Below, piece after piece: positions 1-6,664 of a stretch of DNA of 9,023 bases; position 1 is the stretch's first letter, and every line of letters begins with the position of its first letter. Location of the stretch: the NCBI RefSeq assembly GCF_006345805.1, contig NW_021828205.1, positions 1 to 9,023 of the forward strand. Direction: 5' to 3'. The notes below the pieces were generated by a model that was given only the letters and a program-made list of their open reading frames with translations, was not told where the DNA came from and searched no databases. A program made the position numbers and the translations under genes. Source of the DNA: Octopus sinensis (taxonomy: Eukaryota).

Positions 1-146
1 TAAGTATGTATGCGTGTAATGTTTGTGTATGTATCTATGTAAATATGTATACGCATATCAAAGAATCATATATATATGAGTATGTACATATATGTATATA
101 TACATACATACATATATATAATACATATATATATATATCGATTGTG

Positions 147-178
<32 letters not shown>

Positions 179-207
179 TTATATATATATATATATATAT
201 CATATAT

Positions 208-239
<32 letters not shown>

Positions 240-240
240 C
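1..240. repeat. Imperfect (TA)n / TATG microsatellite
   Basis: Near-continuous TA dinucleotide with occasional TG/CA interruptions. The ORFs 6..248 and 58..288 are simply I/Y-rich translations of it. Confidence 0.95.
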
Positions 241-346
241 CGGAGTAAACCACATAAAGTGAAACAAGGTGGAAAAAAGAGTACTCAAATACCAGTGGTA
301 GAGTAATATGCTTTATTTTAAGCAGCAGAAAATTCAACAAAATCTA

Positions 347-386
347 ATCTGTTACTCTGAGTTTCTCGTTGCCGTTCATCAGACAT
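347..386 (-). ncRNA. Mirror copy of the hammerhead motif on the minus strand
   Basis: Reverse complement reads AUGU-CUGAUGA-ACGGCAACGA-GAAA-CUCAGAGU-A-ACAG. Same core as the plus copy, but helix I is weakened (A.G at the 4th pair, and the AATCT duplication disrupts the extension). Confidence 0.6.
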
Positions 387-395
387 TTTTTCTAG

Positions 396-445
396 CAAAA
401 ACTGTCTGATGAACGGCAACGAGAAACTCAGAGTAACAGATTTTG
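396..445 (+). ncRNA. Minimal type-I hammerhead ribozyme motif
   Basis: Helix I CAAAA-A-CUGU (396-405) pairs with ACAG-A-UUUUG (436-445). Core CUGAUGA 406-412. Helix II CG-GCAA-CG with a GNRA loop and an A.A base mismatch. GAAA 423-426. Helix III ACUC-A-GAGU. GUA cleavage triplet 433-435. Confidence 0.75.
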
Positions 446-471
446 TTGAATTTTCTGCTGCTTAAAATAAA

Positions 472-472
<1 letters not shown>

Positions 473-508
<36 letters not shown>
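473..508. repeat. (TA)n microsatellite
   Basis: Perfect TA run directly after the right arm of the palindrome. Confidence 0.95.
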
Positions 509-513
<5 letters not shown>

Positions 514-695
514 TTTGTGTGTATATACATATACAGGCATAATTATATATACCCATGAACATACATAAATACAGTCATACATATAAAAGGAACGAGATAT
601 AAAAACAGCAGGCGTTAGTACGAAAGTAAGGTTTCTACGAGTATTTTTCAATTTCAGTCTCTCCTCATTGCATGCGTTTTACAACGAGACACATT

Positions 696-820
696 AGAAA
701 GAGAGAGAGAGAGAGAGAGCCAGAAAGAGAAACAGAGACAGGCAGAGAGGGAGAGACGGAGAGAGAGATTGATAGACCAAAAGACAGAGAGATATCCAGA
801 GAGACGGAGATGAAATAAGA
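696..820. repeat. (GA)n and degenerate GA-rich low-complexity tract
   Basis: Perfect GA run ~701-718, followed by GAGAC/GAGAGA variants. Confidence 0.9.
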
Positions 821-1051
821 CGCTCTCTTCTTTTAACCGTTCGATGAATACTATGGCCAGTCCTTGTTTCCCGCAGCCAAAATCCAGAAGACTGCCCCAC
901 CTTGGCCGTTACGTCCACCGAGTCCATACTAAATTCACTTGACTTAGCTCAGCCATCTCCAGATTTCGGCTTAACAGTAGTTTGAACTCACTTCTTAAAA
1001 CATAAGGTAACACAATACAATTCTACGTTATTTTTCTCCGCTTTCTTTCTT

Positions 1052-1070
1052 ACATACACACACACACACA

Positions 1071-1122
<52 letters not shown>

Positions 1123-1192
1123 CTATCTCTATCTATCTATGTCTTTTTCTTTCTTACTCTCTCTTTCTAACTCTCTCCCTTTCTCTCTCTTC
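1052..1192. repeat. Compound microsatellite (CA)n(CT)n(CTAT)n plus pyrimidine tract
   Basis: Directly visible consecutive CA, CT and CTAT arrays, then CT-rich sequence. Confidence 0.95.
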
Positions 1193-1507
1193 ATTACATT
1201 ATAAGTGAACTACGCCGTTCGCAATAAACCCTTTGCCTGTCCTATGCATCACACATGATTCACAGGACAGATTCCTCTTGCGCCCATGCATCATATATAA
1301 TACACACTCACAGTATTTTTTCAACTTTTAGATTAACCTGGGACTTACGTAAAGAACGTTTTATATTACACGAAACGTATTCAAACAGGATCTAACTAAA
1401 AGTTCGAAAATAAGCATTGACGTTTAGAAGACACTTATGAAAATGCTTTGGACAGGCAAAGAGACAAAATGGCATCTTGGTCTGTATGATATTTATGACA
1501 CAACTGT

Positions 1508-1846
1508 GGAGGCGCAATGGCCCAGTGGTTAGGGCAGCGGACTCGCGGTCGTAGGATCGCGGTTTCGATTCCCAGACCGGGTGTTGTGGGTGTTTATTGA
1601 GCAAAAACACCTGCCGTACTCTTTCACCACAACTTTCTTTCACTCTTTCTTCCTGTTTCTGTTGTACCTGTATTTCAAAGGGCCAGCCTTGTCACTCTCT
1701 GTGTCACGCTGAATATCCCCGAGAACTACGTTAAGGGTACATGTGTCTGTGGAGTGCTCAGCCACTTACACGTTAATTTCACGAGCAGGCTGTTCCGTTG
1801 ATCGGATCAACCGGAACCCTCGTCGTCGTAACCGACGGAGTGCTTC
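1508..1846 (+). mobile_element. tRNA-derived SINE (second family, unrelated to the CORE-like SINE)
   Basis: Pol III A box TGGCCCAGTGG 1518-1528 and B box GGTTTCGATTCC 1561-1572 in a tRNA-like head. Non-tRNA body. Two 3'-terminal hairpins (1793-1816, 1824-1837). No CCA/acceptor stem, so not a true tRNA. Several tRNA-derived SINE families (OK, OR1, OR2) are described in octopus; I cannot assign the exact family here. Confidence 0.8.
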
Positions 1847-1904
1847 CTTCCTATGACACAACACGTGACATCGACCTTTCGTCTACCACATCTTAATCCA
1901 GTCA

Positions 1905-2030
1905 AAATCTCTCTATATCTATCCTTCTTTCACTCTCTCTTTCTTTATCCTTCCCTTCTATCTCTTCCTCCCTCCTCTCTCTTTCACTTATTCTTTCTCT
2001 GTCCCTTTTTTTTGTAAGGGTTTGTTTTCT
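1905..2030. repeat. CT-rich low-complexity tract
   Basis: Degenerate CTCT/CTTT/CCT repeats. ORF 1902..2090 is its translation. Confidence 0.8.
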
Positions 2031-2042
2031 TTTCGACCAATG

Positions 2043-2228
2043 AGGAATTAGTGAGTGGTAAAAAGAAATTCGCTTTGTAGCCACAGCCACATGGTCTCGG
2101 GTTCAGTCTCACTGCGCGGCAGCTTACACAAATATCTTCTTCTATTGCTACAGGCCAACCAATACCTCGTGAGTGAATACGGTATGCGGAAACTGTATGG
2201 AATCCCGTCTTATATGTTTATGTGTGTA
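2043..2228 (+). mobile_element. Old, diverged copy (head and core) of the CORE-like tRNA SINE
   Basis: CCACATGGTCTCGGGTTCAGTCTCACTGCG...GTGAGTGAATACGGTATGCGGAAACTG aligns with the younger copies at 2229, 6125 and 7504, with many substitutions. It ends in a TATG/TG tract where the next copy begins. Confidence 0.8.
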
Positions 2229-2429
2229 GGCGCAGGAGTGGCTGTGAGGTAAGTAGCTTGTTTACCAACCACATGGTCCCGGGTTCAGTACCACTGCATG
2301 GAACCTTAGGCAAGTATCTTCTACTATAGCCTCGGGCCGACCAAATCCTTGTGAGTGGATTTGGTAGACGGAAACTGAAAGAAGCCCGTCGTATATATGT
2401 ATATGTATGTATATATATATATATATATA

Positions 2430-2487
<58 letters not shown>

Positions 2488-2680
2488 CTGTGTGTGTGTG
2501 TGTTTGTATATCTGTGTTTGTCCCCCAAACATCGCTTGACAACCAATGCTGGTGTGTTTACGTTCCCCGTAACTTAGCGGTTCGACAAAAGAAAACGATA
2601 AACAAGAAACAGGCTCGAAAATTAAGTACTAGGATCGAATTGTTCGACTAAACACTTCAAGATGGTATCGCAGAATGGCT
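2229..2680 (+). mobile_element. CORE-like tRNA-derived SINE with internal (TA)n(TG)n
   Basis: Head GGCGCAGGAGTGGCTGTGAGGTAAG...GGTTCAGTACC (A/B-box-like). CCTTAGGCAAGT motif resembles the CORE-SINE CCTTGGGCAAGT. Internal microsatellite ~2393-2510. Tail is homologous to the copies at 6125 and 7504 but more diverged. Confidence 0.85.
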
Positions 2681-2774
2681 TCGGCCCGCTCGTCGATATA
2701 TTAGAAGATACACATGGTGCCCTGCAGTAGGAATGAACCCGTAACTACATGGTTGAGAAGCATGAAGCGCTTCC
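2681..2774 (-). mobile_element. Old minus-strand head fragment of the CORE-like SINE
   Basis: Reverse complement TGCTTCTCAACCATGTAGTTACGGGTTCATTCCTACTGCAGGGCACC...TCTTCTAATAT...CGGGCCGA matches the SINE head (AACCACATGGTTCCGGGTTCAGTCCCACTGCGTGGCA...CGGGCCGA). Confidence 0.7.
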
Positions 2775-2899
2775 TTTTGTATCCATGTTTTTACCTCCAT
2801 ACTTTTAGGTTCCATTTTGATTTTATATTTACATTTATTTAACTTTCTTTCCTATTGTTTTGTCCTTATCTAAATCTCCGTTTTTTCCCCCTTTTCAGT

Positions 2900-3460
2900 G
2901 TAATTAACTTCTAGGTTGTCATTTTATTGTTTATTTAAACATAGCGCGATTTTTTTCCTTCTCGTTTCCATAATAAACTAATCAATTTCCGTTAGTTCGT
3001 TTCTAAGTGTTTCTTTTACAACTGATCTCGTTACATTATATCACCGCTTTAATTCTATCAACATTTCCTCCCGCCCCATCCCGTGTGTGCGCTGGTATGT
3101 GGTATAAACCATCATACCTGTTTTCTGGCTAATGACTTTACAATATAGTTAATAGTTTCCTCGTTTTCCTAAGTTCTTTAATACATTTAACTTCATCTTA
3201 TTATGTTGAAGCTCTGGTGTAGAACTGGGATAGCTACTGTATTTATACCTATTGTTTTGTTTCTAGCATTAGTTTTAAATACTTTTTAAAACAATCTGAC
3301 TCTTCTGTAGTGTTATTAGTTAATTTTCTCTTCAATTTTTCTTCGTTGTTTCATTCGACAAGAGTTTCATCTAATATTAACCATTTTCCTGCTGGATCAG
3401 TTTTTAAATCTCCGATTTCAGTATCTGGGTCTAATTCAATGTTTGCAATGTTAATTAATT
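2900..3460 (-). pseudogene. Heavily decayed R4/Dong-type (RLE) LINE fragment, post-RT region
   Basis: Minus translation 3312-3226: HYRRVRLF*KVFKTNARNKTIGINTVAIP, then VLHQSFNII, RKTRKLLT (3170-3147) and a GGR...LIELK remnant. This matches the YYRRVRxILKxELNAxNKxxxINTxAxPV...DRKTRKLLT...GGRGL segment of R4/Dong ORFs. Many stops and frameshifts; outer boundaries approximate. Confidence 0.75.
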
Positions 3461-3607
3461 TACGGCCTTTTTTTTAAATTCATTTTAATTAATTAATCAA
3501 TTAATTAATGTTCCTCTAATTAATATGTTGTTTAGACAAAATTGTCAACATCTTTGTCTCATTTTGATATCCCAGCTATATTGATGTACACATTAAAGTT
3601 TTTAAGC

Positions 3608-3609
<2 letters not shown>

Positions 3610-3654
<45 letters not shown>

Positions 3655-3672
3655 CAACAACAACAACAACAA
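3610..3672. repeat. (TAA)n followed by (CAA)n
   Basis: Perfect arrays; source of the poly-Asn in ORF 3542..3775. Confidence 0.95.
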
Positions 3673-3850
3673 ATATATATCCAAAACACCGGGATTTACG
3701 AATGTATGTAATATAAAGAAAATAGCTCTACTAGGCACTGCACACATTCAAATTAAAGCGCTTTCAGTTCAGTGAAAATAAGAGCACCACAACAAACCAC
3801 ACCACATAGCCAAGACTCATAAAGCTACGTTCGGTAATGCAGCGACCTGC
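3671..3850 (+). mobile_element. 5'-truncated R4/Dong-type LINE 3' end (family A)
   Basis: Encodes KYISKTPGFTNVCNIKKIALLGTAHIQIKALSVQ* (stop 3773-3775), homologous to the C-terminus QIPGNPKVAEIQKIVLMGTAHILRKILSM* of the element at 3959-4876. A short 3' UTR ends directly in (TAA)n. Confidence 0.8.
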
Positions 3851-3877
3851 ATAATAATAATAATAATAATAATAATA

Positions 3878-3912
<35 letters not shown>

Positions 3913-3958
3913 GGCAATAATAATGATAATGATAATAATAAATGGCAATAATAATGAT
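3851..3958. repeat. (TAA)n with embedded AAATGGCAA copies
   Basis: Perfect TAA to ~3910, then two ATAAATGGCAATAATAATGATAA units (3907-3929, 3938-3960). Confidence 0.9.
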
Positions 3959-4876
3959 AAATGGCAAGAAAAACCTCTCTATGGCAAATACCCAGAGAGA
4001 GCGAATAATGCAGATGTTGACAAAGCCCTGACCCATCAATGGCTAATGGCCTCTGGCTTAAAATCTGAAACAGAAGGGTTTATCATAGCAGCTCAAGATC
4101 AATGCCTACCAACAAGAAACTACCAGACCAACATATTAAAGAGCGGCAGTAGCCCAACATGTCGTGTATGTCAACACAAAATGAAACCATTGATCATGTT
4201 GTCTCCAAGTGCAGTCTTCTAGCGCCTACAGAGTATTTCAACAGGCATGATAGAGTTGCACAATATATTCACTGGGTAATCTGCAAAAACCTGGATTTGC
4301 CCCATGAAAAAAACTGGTGGGAACACAAACCACCTCCACTGCTTGAAAATGACCACATCTCACTCCTCTGGAACTTCACCATTCAAACTGACATCATATT
4401 GAAAGACTTCAGACAAATAACTGCCTCCTCATTGATATGACTGTCCCAATCGATATAAACGTATCTGTCAAGACCTACCAAAAACTGAGCAAATATAAGA
4501 TCTTGAAATAGAAATCAACAAAATATGGAACCTGAAGACTAAAACAAGACCTGTCGTCATAGGTGCCCTGGGAATAATAGCAAAAGGGGCTGATTGCTAC
4601 CTAACTCAGATACCAGGAAACCCAAAAGTGGCAGAAATTCAAAAGATAGTGCTCATGGGAACTGCTCATATCCTACGCAAAATACTTTCTATGTAATCTC
4701 AGGTTTAAAAACAAAAATTTTTTTAGACATCCTCTAGTACAACACCAAAAAAACCCCAAATATATGGCACACTAGGCATAACAACAACGTGAACTTCCAA
4801 CCTGTTGTCTCTTGAGGTCTCTGGGTGAGACTTGGAGCCAACTTGTACAAATATAAAGCAAAAGTCAAACATAGAA
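3959..4876 (+). mobile_element. 5'-truncated R4/Dong-type non-LTR retrotransposon (family B): CCHC zinc knuckle and restriction-like endonuclease, inactive
   Basis: Composite translation KWQEKPLYGKYP...LKSETEGFIIAAQDQCLPT...CRVC...ETIDHVVSKC (CCHC)...RHDRVAQYIHW...LLWNFTIQTD/IILKD...LLIDMTVP...KLSKY/DLEIEI...PVVIGALG...GTAHILRKILSM* (stop 4694-4696). Frameshifts near 4180, 4415 and 4497. The usual R-P-D catalytic segment after IQTD appears deleted. ~180-nt 3' UTR ends in (TAA)n. Dong elements are known to target TAA repeats. Confidence 0.9.
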
Positions 4877-5106
4877 TATTAATAATAATATAATAATGAT
4901 AATAAAATAATAATAATAATAATAATAATATAATAATAATAATAAAATAATAATAATAATGATATAATAATATAATAATAATAATAATATAATAATATAA
5001 TAATAATAATATAATAATAATAATATAATATAATAATAATAATATATATTAATAATAATAATAATAAATAATATAATAATAATAATAATTAGTAATAATA
5101 ATAATA

Positions 5107-5180
<74 letters not shown>
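4877..5180. repeat. Long imperfect (TAA)n array (~300 bp) with TA, TAG and TGA variant units
   Basis: Directly visible. Confidence 0.95.
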
Positions 5181-5181
<1 letters not shown>

Positions 5182-5662
5182 TTTTGTCTTGGTATAAAGA
5201 TGGGCTACAGCAAATATCTGCTCAATACCACAGATTTGCTTGTCAGTTGTTTGACCTTAACCAGTTGAGCATGTCCCTTAGTGGCTGACGATATGTGCAT
5301 CTCTGGTCACGAGCAGAAGTAGTGGGGGAGCATCATAGCCATGTGTTGAGAGGGATTCTTTGGGTTGGTGAATAATTCACCTCTGGAAACACGGTGTTCT
5401 TTCAACAAACTCCTTAAACAATCCTTATTCAGGGACCTTTTGAGCGGGATGGGCTACTCAACCTGAAGAAAATTATCTAACTGGGCCCCACCTGCAAGGT
5501 CATATGCTGTTTATCTTGATATGAATCACCATGTCGCGCACATATGGTTGTGATGCATGTGGCCTTGTGTACCCTTATCAGACGGGTAGCCATGATGGGT
5601 ATATTGGGCTTCGTATATTTTACCCCAGTGTCACTTTGATGGCATGAACTGCTCTCTCACTC
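5181..5662. mobile_element. Unclassified ~480-bp complex-sequence insert bounded on both sides by (TAA)n
   Basis: Sharp transitions to TAA repeats at both ends, no ORF, no pol III boxes or terminal inverted repeats seen. It resembles a dispersed octopus repeat I recall, but this is unverified. Confidence 0.5.
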
Positions 5663-5712
5663 AATAATAATATAATAATAATAATAATATAGTAATAATA
5701 ATAATAATAATA

Positions 5713-5773
<61 letters not shown>

Positions 5774-5779
5774 TAATAA
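5663..5779. repeat. (TAA)n array
   Basis: Directly visible; source of the poly-Leu/Tyr in ORF 5657..6010. Confidence 0.95.
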
Positions 5780-5929
5780 CATCGAAAAATACCTTAAGAA
5801 TGAGAACCCAGGTTCGAAATTTCCCCAAAGACACCTGATGAAGGCTGGAGGGTATATCAACCGAAACGTTGTGTTAACAACAAACAAGATGAGGACAATT
5901 ATCCGTCGAATGTAAACAATGTAAATAAT
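5780..5929 (+). mobile_element. Short Penelope-pLTR/retrozyme-like element attached to (TAA)n
   Basis: ~150-bp unique segment starting at the end of the TAA array and containing a minimal hammerhead with a palindromic helix III (ACGU), typical of Penelope-like element 3' ends. Confidence 0.7.
5830..5875 (+). ncRNA. Minimal type-I hammerhead ribozyme motif
   Basis: Helix I GACAC (5830-5834) / GUGUU (5871-5875). Core CUGAUGA 5835-5841 plus one extra A. Helix II GGCUG/CAACC (one C.A mismatch). GAAA 5863-5866. Self-complementary ACGU helix III. Cleavage triplet GUU (5868-5870). Confidence 0.75.
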
Positions 5930-6011
5930 GAAGGTGTTTTCCTTCACAATCTTGCTACCAAGCAGGTGACCGGTCAAAATTAAAATTAAAAAGAGAGAAT
6001 ATCCTTCCATT

Positions 6012-6120
6012 CACCCATCCATCCATACATACATACCTACATACCTACATGCAGGCATTCATACATATACACAATGGTCCTCCACACAGTTTCCGTGAAT
6101 CAAATTCACCAATTCACTCA
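6012..6120 (-). mobile_element. Downstream part (core and internal microsatellite) of an old minus-strand CORE-like SINE
   Basis: Reverse complement TGAGTGAATTGGTGAATTTGATTCACGGAAACTGTGTGGAGG matches the SINE segment TGAGTGGATTTGGTAGACGGAAACTG, followed by a TATG/TAGG/TGGA microsatellite. Confidence 0.65.
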
Positions 6121-6124
6121 TATA

Positions 6125-6535
6125 GGCGCAGGAGTGGCTGTGTGGTAAGTAGCTTGCTAACCAACCACATGGTTCCGGGTTCAGTCCCACTGCGTGGCAT
6201 CTTGGGCAAGTGTCTTCTGCTATAGCCCCGAGCCGACCAATGCCTTGTGAGTGGATTTGGTAGACGGAAACTGAAAGAAGCCTGTCGTATATATGTATGT
6301 ATATATATGTATGCATGTGTGTATATGCTTGTGTGTCTATGTTTGTCCCCCTAGCATTGCTTGACAACCGATGCTGGTGTGCTTATGTCCCCGTCACTTA
6401 GCGGTTCGGCAAAAAGAGACCGATAGAATAAGTACTAGGCTTACAAAGAATAAGTCCCGGGGTCGATTTGCTCGACTAAAGGCGGTGCTCCAGCATGGCC
6501 GCAGTCAAATGACTGAAATAAAAAAACAAAAAAAA
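6125..6535 (+). mobile_element. Full-length CORE-like tRNA-derived SINE
   Basis: Head GGCGCAGGAGTGGCTGTGTGGTAAG...GGTTCAGTCCC, CTTGGGCAAGT core motif, internal TA/TG tract, conserved tail ...GGTGCTCCAGCATGGCCGCAGTCAAATGACTGAAA and an A-rich end. Closely similar to 7504-7915. Confidence 0.9.
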
Positions 6536-6656
6536 CGCATTACCCAGTGGGTCGCGGCTTTAGTAGGTGACACTTGCACAATGCACCTCGTAGTAGGAAT
6601 GAACCTACAACCATCTGGTTGCAAAGCATGCTTCTTAACCACGTACACTCATTCCT
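6536..6656 (-). mobile_element. Head of an old minus-strand CORE-like SINE
   Basis: Reverse complement AGGAATGAGTGTACGTGGTTAAGAAGCATGCTTTGCAACCAGATGGTTGTAGGTTCATTCCTACT...GCAAGTGTC...TAATGCG aligns with the SINE head and continues at 6120 downward. Confidence 0.75.
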
Positions 6657-6664
6657 AGCAATTT

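Larger units (their letters stand above)
241..472. mobile_element. Foldback (palindromic) non-autonomous element, Penelope-pLTR/retrozyme-like, flanked by (TA)n
   Basis: Arms 311-385 and 403-472 are exact reverse complements apart from a 5-nt AATCT duplication in the left arm. The centre (TTTTTT-CTAG-CAAAAAC) is itself quasi-palindromic. 241-310 is an unpaired extension of the left (minus-strand) copy. Each arm has a hammerhead core. Inverted pLTRs with hammerheads are an established Penelope-like element feature. Confidence 0.75.

Noticed and set aside
311-472. miRNA precursor
   Set aside because: The stem is too long and too perfect, is embedded in microsatellite and is better explained as a foldback mobile element. 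Small-RNA production is not excluded but is unsupported.
6-651. ORFs 6..248, 58..288 and 379..651
   Set aside because: I/Y-rich translations of (TA)n and the palindrome; no protein signal.
1508-1580. tRNA gene
   Set aside because: It has A and B boxes but no clean acceptor or anticodon stems and continues into a SINE body, so it is a SINE head.
2218-2651. Cluster of overlapping 62-104 aa ORFs on both strands
   Set aside because: All lie within the SINE and its (TA)n(TG)n tract. The similar ORFs at 6059-6658 and 7409-7735 are the same SINE read-throughs.
3542-4440. Poly-Asn or poly-Leu/Tyr host proteins; intact retrotransposon ORF
   Set aside because: The homopolymers come from TAA/CAA repeats. 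The LINE portions are 5'-truncated, frameshifted and lack RT.
5280-5345. Hammerhead from CUGACGA in the unclassified element
   Set aside because: No GAAA box or correctly registered helix I.
5199-5457. 10-bp direct repeat GATGGGCTAC (5199, 5448) as LTR or TSD
   Set aside because: Too short and not at the element boundaries.
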